From an uncultured Bacteroidales bacterium (GTDB lineage Bacteria > Bacteroidota > Bacteroidia > Bacteroidales > UBA932), in the NCBI GenBank assembly GCA_947177525.1, contig CAMWUW010000001.1, positions 6,847 through 70,846 on the forward strand: DNA of 64,000 bases. The letters run 5' to 3'. The translations under genes and the position numbers were made by a program. Below are positions 37,609-46,958 of the stretch, piece after piece (positions within the stretch are counted from its first letter, which is position 1; each line of letters begins with the position of its first letter). Below the pieces are notes generated by a model. The model did no database searches. It saw only the letters and a program-made list of their open reading frames with translations, and was not told where the DNA came from.

Positions 37609-38210
37609 AGACAGGAATAAAAAAAATCTTGCTCATAGTCCCCTCAATGATAGTTGCGAGAGGTCTTGAGGCAGTCCTGCGTGAACTGGGGGAGTTCCGT
37701 GTGGAGGGAATACTTACGGACTTGTCGCGTGATTCCGAGATCAGGCTGAGAAATATGGACGTGGATCTGATTGTTGTTGATCCTGTTGTGTTTGATTATT
37801 GTTCACGGGGTAATGTGAGAAGCCGGATTGCCGAGAATTCCGATGCATCTGTAGTGCTTCTGAATACCTTGCCGCAGGATGATGAGGTGCTGCGCCAGTA
37901 TGATGGCGTAATCGGCCTGTATGATGCTCCTGTGGCCATGGTCAAGAAATTGCGTGAGGCCGCAGCCTCACATATGGAGATGTCAGAATCCGATGGCCCG
38001 GATCTTTCGGCAAGGGAAAAGGAGATTCTTGTATGTGTGGCCAAGGGAATGCTCAACAAGGAGATTGCCGACTACTACAGCATATCTATCCATACTGTCA
38101 TCACCCACAGGAAAAACATAACGCGCAAGACTGGAATCAAGACCATTGCCGGTCTTACCGTATATGCGCTGCTGAACAACCTCGTCGATCCCGGAAGTAT
38201 AGAAATGTAG
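37605..38210 (+). CDS. LuxR-family transcriptional regulator
   Basis: C-terminal LSAREKEIL..VAKG.LNKEIA...SIHTVITHRKNI; ATGA overlap with the previous gene. Confidence 0.92.
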   Translation: MKTGIKKILLIVPSMIVARGLEAVLRELGEFRVEGILTDLSRDSEIRLRNMDVDLIVVDPVVFDYCSRGNVRSRIAENSDASVVLLNTLPQDDEVLRQYDGVIGLYDAPVAMVKKLREAAASHMEMSESDGPDLSAREKEILVCVAKGMLNKEIADYYSISIHTVITHRKNITRKTGIKTIAGLTVYALLNNLVDPGSIEM

Positions 38211-38226
38211 CTTCCGGCCGGACCGG

Positions 38227-39585
38227 CTATGAATATTTTCTGGGAAGACGCATCAGGATTGCCATTGTTGCGAATATTCCCATTGTGAAAGGGTAGTGCA
38301 GATGTCCTATGATGGCTATTGAGGACACTCCTGCCAGCCCCGAGGCCATCAGAAGCTGTGCCCCGTATGGAAGAAGCCCCTGCGTCAGACATGAGAATGT
38401 GTCAAGTATGCTTGCCGTCTTGCGCGGGTCCAGCCTGAATTTTCTGCTTATGTCTTTTGCAATCTGCCCTGTGGTTATTATGGCAATCGTATTGTTGGCC
38501 GTACACATGTTGGCAAGAGAAACGAGGGCTGCTATGCTCAATTCTGCACCTCTTTTTGATTTTATGTGCCTGGTCATCCCGGAAGTGATGAAGTCCAGCC
38601 CTCCGTTTGTCCTTATTACTTCAAGCATTCCTCCTGCAAGCAGAGTTACGGTGATTAGGTCTCCCATCCCGCTGATTCCATGCCCTATGGACTCCAGCCA
38701 GCCGCTCCAGGTGAGGCTTCCGCGTGCGAATCCGGTGACAGCATTGAGGGCTATGCCTGTTGTGAGAACGGCAGCCACGTCAAGGCCCGATATGGCAAGG
38801 GCTATCACGGCCGTATATGGAATCAGCAGAACCCAGTCCACCTGCCCTGCAACCGGCGGTACTGCACATTCTGATGACATTCCGTATGCAACATAAATTG
38901 CAGTTACCACAAGTGCGGCAGGACCTGTAATCCTGAGGTTGACCTTGAATTTGTCTGACATGCTGCAGCCCTGTGTGCGTGTGGCGGCAATTGTGGTGTC
39001 CGAAATGAAGGAAAGATTGTCTCCGAAAAATGCACCTCCCACAATTATCCCTGTTATGAAAGGCACGCTTACAGACACTTCCTGTGCTATTCCGGCCGCA
39101 ACCGGCACGAGGGCGACGATGGTCCCTACGCTTGTTCCGATGGACATTGATATGAAACATGCTGCGAGAAATAGCCCTGCATAAAGGAATTTCCCGGGAA
39201 GTATTCTCAGGGCAAGATTCACAGTGGCGTCTATTGCTCCGATTTCTTTTGCTGTCGAGGCAAAGGCTCCCGCAAGCACGAATATCCATATCATGAGCAG
39301 CACATTCCTGTTGCCGGCCCCTTCTGAAAAGACTGTTATTCTCTGTTCCAGTGTCTTGCCCCTGCAAATGACGATGGAGTAGACGGAGGCGGCAAGGAAG
39401 GCCGCGCTGATGGGAATCCTGTAGAAATCGCATGCCGCAACCGATGATATGAGGTAGATTGCGAGGAATGCGATTACCGGACTTATGGCAAGGAAGCCTC
39501 CTACCGGACGCCCTTCGTAAGACTGCCACTTCTGTTTTACGCTTTTGCTGAGTTCTCTGATATATTTGTCAGGAATTATGCCCAT
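38227..39585 (-). CDS. NhaC-family antiporter / amino-acid transporter
   Basis: Motifs GTSVGT, GGAFFGDNLSFISDTT, ANNTIAI, PYGAQLL. Confidence 0.88.
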   Translation of the reverse strand: MGIIPDKYIRELSKSVKQKWQSYEGRPVGGFLAISPVIAFLAIYLISSVAACDFYRIPISAAFLAASVYSIVICRGKTLEQRITVFSEGAGNRNVLLMIWIFVLAGAFASTAKEIGAIDATVNLALRILPGKFLYAGLFLAACFISMSIGTSVGTIVALVPVAAGIAQEVSVSVPFITGIIVGGAFFGDNLSFISDTTIAATRTQGCSMSDKFKVNLRITGPAALVVTAIYVAYGMSSECAVPPVAGQVDWVLLIPYTAVIALAISGLDVAAVLTTGIALNAVTGFARGSLTWSGWLESIGHGISGMGDLITVTLLAGGMLEVIRTNGGLDFITSGMTRHIKSKRGAELSIAALVSLANMCTANNTIAIITTGQIAKDISRKFRLDPRKTASILDTFSCLTQGLLPYGAQLLMASGLAGVSSIAIIGHLHYPFTMGIFATMAILMRLPRKYS

Positions 39586-39686
39586 GGTTTGTCTGTAACT
39601 GTTTTAGGGTGCAAAGGTAAGAAGCCGTTTTGATTTATCTGCTAAAGATTTTTGCTATTTTTGCAGAATGATGCCGTAAAAACGAA

Positions 39687-40301
39687 ATGGACATGCGGGA
39701 AAATATTCTTGAAGTGCCCTTTGGGGAAACATCTGTATTGCTGCACACATGTTGTGCACCGTGCTCCGGTGCAATAATAGAGTGCATGATGAAAAACGGG
39801 ATAAAACCTGTAATCTATTATTGTAATCCGAATATATATCCCGCCGAGGAATATCTCATCCGCAAGGAGGAGTGTTCCAGATATGCTGAATCCCTGGGCC
39901 TGGAAATCGTTGATGCGGACTATGACCATGATGCGTGGCTGGAGGCGATGGCCGGATTTGAAGGAGAGCCGGAGCGGGGCGGAAGATGCCTCAGGTGCTT
40001 CGGGCTGCGTCTTTACAGGACTGCACGGTATGCACGTGAACATGGCATAAGAGTGATTACTACAACTCTTGCCTCGTCCAGGTGGAAGTCGCTTGAACAG
40101 ATCGGCAAGGCAGGCGTATGGGCCTGTGCCGAGGCCAATTCCGAGGACTGCGGCCCGGATTCCGCAGAAGTGGTCTGGTGGGACCGGAACTGGAGAAAGG
40201 GAGGGCTGCAGGAACGCCGCGGACAGATTATACGGGAATGCGGCTTCTATAACCAGCAGTATTGCGGCTGTGAATTCAGCATGAGGAAAGACTTACTGTA
40301 A
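39687..40301 (+). CDS. queH: Epoxyqueuosine reductase QueH
   Basis: Motifs LLHTCCAPCS, NPNIYP..EY..R, EPERGGRC..CF..RL, YNQQYCGCEFS. Confidence 0.93.
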   Translation: MDMRENILEVPFGETSVLLHTCCAPCSGAIIECMMKNGIKPVIYYCNPNIYPAEEYLIRKEECSRYAESLGLEIVDADYDHDAWLEAMAGFEGEPERGGRCLRCFGLRLYRTARYAREHGIRVITTTLASSRWKSLEQIGKAGVWACAEANSEDCGPDSAEVVWWDRNWRKGGLQERRGQIIRECGFYNQQYCGCEFSMRKDLL

Positions 40302-40312
40302 TCTATACGGAC

Positions 40313-42007
40313 ATGAGACGGAACCGTACTCTTTGGGGATATGTTGCGGCTGCAGTTATGCTTGCGGCCGTTCTGGGAAATTCTTTGCATGCGAGGCATA
40401 ATGTTCACGGACAGGAACTGGAGCAACTGCTGAATTGCCTTGACAATGAACTGGCATGCAGCTGCAAATACGTGGATGAGAGGCTCAGGCGCATAGAATT
40501 CCTCCACAGGATGCATGACATGACGGTGGTTACGGACCGTATGCACTATGGCATGAACCGCAAGCTCTATGACGAATACCAGTCTTTCCAGTTTGACAGC
40601 GCACTTTTCTATCTTACCGAAAACATACACCTTGCCGAAAAAATGGCTGATTCGGGCCTGAAGTCTGAGACGTCTGTGGAGCTTGGGCATCTCTATACCA
40701 TATCCGGAATGTATCTGGAGGCGCGTGAGGTGCTTACATCGCAGATAGATACCTCATCCATGGACAAGGACGGGCTTCTGCACTACTATATGGTGCAGCA
40801 CCGCTTTTACAGGGATTTCCGTGAATATTCAAAGAATCCGCTGATGACGGCGATGTTCGGCAGCAGGCAGGACTGGTATTGCTCGAGGCTTCTTGAGATG
40901 CTTCCTGAAGACGATTTCAGGAGGATGTCCATATTGATGAAGAAGGCCTTGGATGAAGAGGACTATATTCTTGCCGATTCCGTTAATATGGCAGCCATAG
41001 GAAGCCTGCCGCAGGATTCACATGAATATGCCGAGTGTGCCTATTACCAGGCCATAATAGACTATAAGCTTGAAAGGGATACATATCGCCACTGGTACAC
41101 CCGCTCGGCCATAGCCGACATAAAGACAGCTACCAAGGACAATGCGTCGATAGCCTGTCTTGCCCGTCAGCTTTTTGAGGACAGGGCAGACCTTGACAGG
41201 GCGTTCAGGTATATCGTGGCCTCCATGGATGACGCCATCTTCTACAATGCCAAGCTCCGTCCGTGGCAGGTGGCCCAGATAATGCCTCTGATAGAGAAAT
41301 CCTATAACGAAAGGATAGAGTCCGTCAATCATATCCGTCTGATGCTCACGATAATAGTGGGAGTGTGTTCGGTTCTTCTTCTGATGTTCGCCTCGTGGAG
41401 CTATTGGACGTACCGGAGCATGAGACGCAAGGCGGAGGAAGTTGACAGGATGAACCGGCAGATCAGCCTGGCCAATGAGGAACTCAAGGAGATGAATGCC
41501 AAACTGTCTGAGCTGAATGTGGCGGTTTCGGAGGCAAACAGCATAAAGGAGGAGTATATCGCGCTCTTCCTCACCATGTGCTCGGATTATATTGACAAGA
41601 TGATAGGCTTCCAGCAGGACATAAAGCGCAAGCTTACAGTCGGAATGGGAGCCGAACTGCAGAAGGAACTTTCTTCGTCGAAGCTGATGAAGCAGGAGCT
41701 TGACAATTTCTACAACATGTTCGACACTGCCTTTTTGAAGCTGTATCCGAATTTCGTCGAGGAATTCAACGGCCTTCTCCGGGATGAGGAAAGGATTGTT
41801 CTTCCGAAGGATGCGCTGCTCAATACGGAGCTTCGGATATTCGCCCTGATACGCCTCGGCATCTCCGATTCCACAAGGATTGCAGTCCTGCTGAGATACT
41901 CCGTACAGACCATCTACAATTACCGTCTGAAGATGAAAAAACGCTCCAGATTCGAGCGGGATGACTTTGAAAAGAGGCTTATGGGGATTGGGGCCTATCA
42001 ACGGTAA
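40313..42007 (+). CDS. SusR-like membrane-anchored regulator (DUF6377)
   Basis: Periplasmic TPR-like sensor and one TM helix, then FD.AFL.LYP.FVEEFN, LNTELRIFALIRLGI and SVQTIYNYR; sits upstream of susC. Confidence 0.88.
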   Translation: MRRNRTLWGYVAAAVMLAAVLGNSLHARHNVHGQELEQLLNCLDNELACSCKYVDERLRRIEFLHRMHDMTVVTDRMHYGMNRKLYDEYQSFQFDSALFYLTENIHLAEKMADSGLKSETSVELGHLYTISGMYLEAREVLTSQIDTSSMDKDGLLHYYMVQHRFYRDFREYSKNPLMTAMFGSRQDWYCSRLLEMLPEDDFRRMSILMKKALDEEDYILADSVNMAAIGSLPQDSHEYAECAYYQAIIDYKLERDTYRHWYTRSAIADIKTATKDNASIACLARQLFEDRADLDRAFRYIVASMDDAIFYNAKLRPWQVAQIMPLIEKSYNERIESVNHIRLMLTIIVGVCSVLLLMFASWSYWTYRSMRRKAEEVDRMNRQISLANEELKEMNAKLSELNVAVSEANSIKEEYIALFLTMCSDYIDKMIGFQQDIKRKLTVGMGAELQKELSSSKLMKQELDNFYNMFDTAFLKLYPNFVEEFNGLLRDEERIVLPKDALLNTELRIFALIRLGISDSTRIAVLLRYSVQTIYNYRLKMKKRSRFERDDFEKRLMGIGAYQR

Positions 42008-42008
42008 T

Positions 42009-42137
42009 TTACTTTTTTTGATGCCTGCGTTTTGTATAATGCTTTATTAATCAATATATTATAATTCTAAAATTCTTCATCTGACTTACTTTGTCTTTAC
42101 CTGCTGTTTGAGGTCTTTGTCCTAACTCTTAATTTTG
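42009..42137 (+). promoter_or_regulatory. PUL promoter with two direct boxes and a central IHF-like site
   Basis: TTACTTT at 42009 and 42086; AATCAATATATTA at 42049-42061; TTTG-N19-TAATTTTG at 42107-42137. Confidence 0.6.
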
Positions 42138-42168
42138 TGCAAAACACAACAACTAAAAACCAAAAGCG

Positions 42169-45100
42169 ATGAAGAAATTTTGTTTTGAAGCAGTCTTGGC
42201 ATTGCTTCTGTGCGTTGGGGGAGGCATAACTTCCTTTGCCCAGCACAGGGTGCAAGGCCAGGTCACTGACACTGACGGTGAGCCTCTCATAGGCGTTTCC
42301 GTCATGATCGAAGGAACTGCGGCAGGTGTCGCCACAGATCTGGACGGACGTTATTCCATTGATGTGCCGGGCTCAGAAACAGTTCTCGAATTCAATTACA
42401 TCGGTTCACAGGCACAGAGCATAAGCGTAGGCTCAAGGACAGTCATAGACGTCGTGATGAAAAGCGACCTCCAGCTCAATGATGTCGTGGTCATAGGCTA
42501 CGGCACTCAGAAAAAGGCTGTAGTATCGGCTGCCATTTCCACAGTAGGGAGCGAGATGCTTGACAAAGTCAGTGCAGTCCGTGTCGATGATGCCCTCAAG
42601 GGACTTACTCCGGGCGTGAACGTGACATCTGCATCCGGACAGCCTGGCGCAGGATCTAAGATAAGCATCCGCGGACTCGGGTCAATCAATGACACAAATC
42701 CTATTTATGTGGTGGACGGAATGCCGGTGGACAACATCGACTATCTTGCCCCGAGCGACATTGAGCGTCTGGACATTCTCAAGGATGCGGCTTCATGTGC
42801 AGTCTATGGAACACGCGGAGCCAACGGCGTCATACTCGTGACCACCAAGAAGGGAACAAAGGACAAGGTGTCCGTAAGCTATGATTTCCAATACGGAATA
42901 TCCAATCCTTGGCGCAAGAGGGAAGTCCTCAATGCCACTGAATATGCTGTCCTTATGAATGAGGCTGCCATCAATGACGGCAATGCCCCTCTGTATGCCG
43001 ATCCTTATTCATACGGGAAAGGCACAGACTGGCAGAGCGAGATTTTCAACAGGAATGCCCCTCAGCAGTCGCACCAGCTTTCAATAAGCGGCACAAGCGG
43101 CAAGAACCAGTACTTCGTTTCCGCAAGCTGGTATTCGCAGGAGGGTATAATCGGAGGAAACTATGACCGCTCCAACTACGACCGTTTCACTGTGCGCGTC
43201 AATGACAGGTACTCAATCTTTGACAATACCAAGGACCGTTCATGGCTAAATAAGATGTCGGTAAATGTAAACGCTTCATATTCACGTACATTTACCAAGG
43301 GCATATCTACAAACTCAGAATTCGGCTCGCCTCTCGGCTCCGCAATTACACTTTCTCCGATACTCGGTGTGTATGTCGATCCTGCCGATGAGCAGGCTGT
43401 AATTGACATGTATTCAAAGAATCCTCCTGCCCATGAAGTGAATCCGGAGACAGGGGAGCTTGTCAATCCGAACTGGAGCGACTTCAATCTGATGCGCGAC
43501 AAGAACGGCCGCCTCTTCACTATTCCTGGGGCTGCCTACAATGAGATGGTCAACCCTCTCGCAGACCTGTCGCTTCCTGGAGACAAGAACAACTATGACC
43601 GCCTTGTTGCCGGCGGCGAACTGGAATTCCAGCTTTATGACGGGCTTACATTCCGTTCATCGGTCAATGTGGACCTTTCTTTCGGCGGCACTGACGGATG
43701 GACACCGAACCATTATCTGAATTCAAACCGCAGCCAGGGCTATTCTTCCGTGCACAGTTCCATGAACCGCGGTTTTGTATGGCAGGTTGAGAATGTGCTG
43801 ACATACAACAAGCTTTTTGCCGAAAAGCACAATCTCACAGTAATGGCAGGACAGACTGCATATTCATCAAGCGGAAAGTCCGTGTCTGCATCAAGGATGT
43901 ATCTTACAGAAGAGGACCCTTCGAAGGCCAACCTCAATTTCGCGCTCAGCACACGCAAGGACAACGACGGCTCCGGCTATCTCTATGCCGACTACAGGCT
44001 CTCTTCTCTTTTTGCCCGTGTGTCGTATGACTTTGACAACCGCTACATGGTGCAGGCGACTGTACGCCGTGACGGTTCTTCACGATTCGGAGCAAATAAC
44101 CGCTTCGCCATATTCCCTTCAGCTTCCGTAGCATGGAACATAAAGAATGAACCGTTCATGGAAGGAAAGGCTAAATGGCTGTCCAACATGAAACTTCGTG
44201 CATCCTGGGGACAGAACGGAAATGACAGAAGCCTCGGTGACTTTGCGTTCGCAGCCCTTACTGCCTCAGGTAACAACTACGTGCTCGGAAGCGGTGCCGC
44301 ATCCAATGAGCAGATCATAAACGGAGTCAAGACCCAGATTACTCCTAACCCTAATCTGAAATGGGAGAAGAGCAACCAGACGGATGTAGGACTTGATTTC
44401 GGATTCTTCGGCAATTCGCTCCAGTTTACTGCTGACTGGTTCCGTAAGGTGACAGAGGGCATGCTCATCCAGAAGCCTGTGCCTTCTTACCTGGGAGAGT
44501 CAAAGCCTTGGGGCAATGCCGGACGCATGTCCAACACTGGTGTCGAGCTTGATGTCAACTACCGCTATACTATAGGTGATTTCCATCTTTCCGTAGGTGC
44601 CAATGCCACATGGATGACCAATACTCTCATTTCCGCAGGCAATGAGTCCGGAATCCTTGACAGGGCGTCTTTCTCGACTGCAGGCGTCATAATCCGTGGT
44701 GAGAACGGCATGCCTTTCCCTTATTTCTATGGCTATCAGACTGACGGCATATTCCAGAACTGGGACGAAGTGCGCTCGTACACATATACGGATGCAGACG
44801 GAAACACCAAGATGATACAGCCTAATGCCGTGCCTGGAGATGTGCGCTTCAAGGACAACAACGGCAATGGCGAAATTGATGCGGATGACCGCCGCATGCT
44901 CGGCAAATGTACTCCGGACTGGACATACGGATTCAATGCTTCCATTGACTGGAAAGGGATTGACTTCTCGATGGTATGGCAGGGTGTCGCCGGAAACAGT
45001 GTGTTTGACGGAACGCGCCGTACTGACATTTCTTCAGCCAACCAGCCTAAGTGGATGCTCAACAGGTGGACGGGAGAAGGCTCGACAAATGCTCTTCCGC

Positions 45101-45381
45101 GCTTCACGATTGCAGATCCGAACCTGAACTGGAGAGTATCCGACCTCTACATCAAGGATGCAAGCTATCTGCGTCTGAAGAACATTACCTTGGGGTATAC
45201 GCTTCCTGAGAAATGGACAAACAAGGTTTTTGTCAAGAAGCTCCGCTTCTATGTGGCGGCCGAGAATCTGCTCACTCTGACAAAGTATGACGGTTTCGAT
45301 CCGGAAATCGCTGACTATGTCGACAGGGGAATATACCCTCAGGCACGTACTTTCCAGTTCGGTGCAAACATAACTTTCTGA
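42169..45381 (+). CDS. susC: SusC/RagA TonB-dependent transporter
   Basis: Motifs LKDAASCAVYGTRGANGVILVTT, RRDGSSRFG, GFDPE; C-terminal Phe. Confidence 0.96.
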   Translation: MKKFCFEAVLALLLCVGGGITSFAQHRVQGQVTDTDGEPLIGVSVMIEGTAAGVATDLDGRYSIDVPGSETVLEFNYIGSQAQSISVGSRTVIDVVMKSDLQLNDVVVIGYGTQKKAVVSAAISTVGSEMLDKVSAVRVDDALKGLTPGVNVTSASGQPGAGSKISIRGLGSINDTNPIYVVDGMPVDNIDYLAPSDIERLDILKDAASCAVYGTRGANGVILVTTKKGTKDKVSVSYDFQYGISNPWRKREVLNATEYAVLMNEAAINDGNAPLYADPYSYGKGTDWQSEIFNRNAPQQSHQLSISGTSGKNQYFVSASWYSQEGIIGGNYDRSNYDRFTVRVNDRYSIFDNTKDRSWLNKMSVNVNASYSRTFTKGISTNSEFGSPLGSAITLSPILGVYVDPADEQAVIDMYSKNPPAHEVNPETGELVNPNWSDFNLMRDKNGRLFTIPGAAYNEMVNPLADLSLPGDKNNYDRLVAGGELEFQLYDGLTFRSSVNVDLSFGGTDGWTPNHYLNSNRSQGYSSVHSSMNRGFVWQVENVLTYNKLFAEKHNLTVMAGQTAYSSSGKSVSASRMYLTEEDPSKANLNFALSTRKDNDGSGYLYADYRLSSLFARVSYDFDNRYMVQATVRRDGSSRFGANNRFAIFPSASVAWNIKNEPFMEGKAKWLSNMKLRASWGQNGNDRSLGDFAFAALTASGNNYVLGSGAASNEQIINGVKTQITPNPNLKWEKSNQTDVGLDFGFFGNSLQFTADWFRKVTEGMLIQKPVPSYLGESKPWGNAGRMSNTGVELDVNYRYTIGDFHLSVGANATWMTNTLISAGNESGILDRASFSTAGVIIRGENGMPFPYFYGYQTDGIFQNWDEVRSYTYTDADGNTKMIQPNAVPGDVRFKDNNGNGEIDADDRRMLGKCTPDWTYGFNASIDWKGIDFSMVWQGVAGNSVFDGTRRTDISSANQPKWMLNRWTGEGSTNALPRFTIADPNLNWRVSDLYIKDASYLRLKNITLGYTLPEKWTNKVFVKKLRFYVAAENLLTLTKYDGFDPEIADYVDRGIYPQARTFQFGANITF

Positions 45382-45402
45382 TCACCTCAAAAGAGATAAA
45401 CG

Positions 45403-46926
45403 ATGAAAAAGATATATTACATAGTTGCAGCTCTGCTGCTGTCAATGGCGATAAGCTCTTGCGGGGAGAAATGGCTTGCAGTGCAGTCGCATGACAAGAT
45501 ATACATTGACGAATACTATAATTCTGAAGCCCGCATTTATGAGGCCCTGATAGCTGCATACGATCCTTTGCAGTGGTTCGACTGGGGACTTGACATGTAC
45601 AATCCGGTTCCCCTCATTTATGAGGTAATGGCTGACGACATTTATCCGGGCGGTGCGAATGAGACAGACAACAGGCATTTCCATCTGATGTTCAATTATG
45701 CTGCCGATCCGACGAATGTCCCTACAAGCATCTGGGGAATATGCTACTCCGGTGTGAACAGGGCGAACTGCGTTGCCAAATATATGCCTGGTGTACAGGA
45801 TATTACGGATGAAAAGAAGGCCGAGTATCTTGCTGAGGCGGCTGTCCTGCGCACATGGTATTACACTCAGATGTGGAAGCTTTGGGGAAATATACCTTAT
45901 TATGAGGTGAACCTTGAAGACCCTTATCTGTGTGACCAGTCTTCTGCAGATGAAGTATATGCTTCGATGGTGGCTTCTCTCGAGGCGGCGATTGACACGA
46001 AGGCGCTTCCGATGAGGCGCACTGCCGATATCGGAAGGGTTACATACGCTGCGGCCGCCATGCTTTATGCTGAAATCGTGATGTACCAGAATGACAAGGA
46101 CCGCATGCAGAAGGCACTTGACTATATGGAGGAGATAATCGGAAGCGGACAATACAATCTTGTGGATGCGGCCGGTCTTGAGAAGATGTGGGAGCCGGCT
46201 GGTGAATGGAGTGCCGAGTCAATTCTGGAAATCAATTATTTCAGTGACGGTGCATACCGTTCATGGAGTTCTCCTTTGGTTGCCGGAGGAAGTGTAATCC
46301 CGACATTGTGCGGTGTTCCGAAGATTTCCGGCAGTTCAAAATTCGGCGGTGAGGGATGGGGATTCTTCCCGATGAGCGAAACTGCAGCCGAGGCCTTTGA
46401 GGAAGGTGACTTGCGCAAGGCAGTGACTGTGTACAGGCCTGCAGATGAAGGCGCTTCGTATGATGCCCGTTATCAGGATACCGGAAATTTCCTTGCAAAG
46501 ACTCTTCCGAGGCTTGACGGAAACAGCGGCCAGATTGCCGATGCCGTGCTTAACTATAACAACAATGTGCGTCTGTACCGCTATGCCGAGACGCTTCTCA
46601 ATGCTGCAGAGCTGATTGCGGTCCACGGATGCACGGGCAAGGGTTCTGCCGATACATATCTGAACGATGTACGTTCGCGTGCCGGCCTTGGCCACGTCTC
46701 CCCGAATCTTGACAATATTCTTCAGGAACGTCATGTCGAGCTTATGGGAGAAGGAAAACGCTATTGGGACCTTATACGTTTGGGACAGGCTTCACGTGTG
46801 CTGACTCCGGCTGCCGACAAGGGCGCTTACCGTACCGCGTCATGGTCTGAGAGCAAGAAATGGCTTCCTATACCTCAGAGCGAGATGGATGCTGCACAGG
46901 GAACTCTTAAGCAGAATAATTATTAG
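45403..46926 (+). CDS. susD: SusD/RagB lipoprotein
   Basis: Lipobox; motifs RYAETLLNAAE, ERHVEL.GEG.RYWDL.R, PIPQSE, QNNY. Confidence 0.95.
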   Translation: MKKIYYIVAALLLSMAISSCGEKWLAVQSHDKIYIDEYYNSEARIYEALIAAYDPLQWFDWGLDMYNPVPLIYEVMADDIYPGGANETDNRHFHLMFNYAADPTNVPTSIWGICYSGVNRANCVAKYMPGVQDITDEKKAEYLAEAAVLRTWYYTQMWKLWGNIPYYEVNLEDPYLCDQSSADEVYASMVASLEAAIDTKALPMRRTADIGRVTYAAAAMLYAEIVMYQNDKDRMQKALDYMEEIIGSGQYNLVDAAGLEKMWEPAGEWSAESILEINYFSDGAYRSWSSPLVAGGSVIPTLCGVPKISGSSKFGGEGWGFFPMSETAAEAFEEGDLRKAVTVYRPADEGASYDARYQDTGNFLAKTLPRLDGNSGQIADAVLNYNNNVRLYRYAETLLNAAELIAVHGCTGKGSADTYLNDVRSRAGLGHVSPNLDNILQERHVELMGEGKRYWDLIRLGQASRVLTPAADKGAYRTASWSESKKWLPIPQSEMDAAQGTLKQNNY

Positions 46927-46958
46927 AAGCGGCAGGCTTCTTAAACATCGGAAGAATT

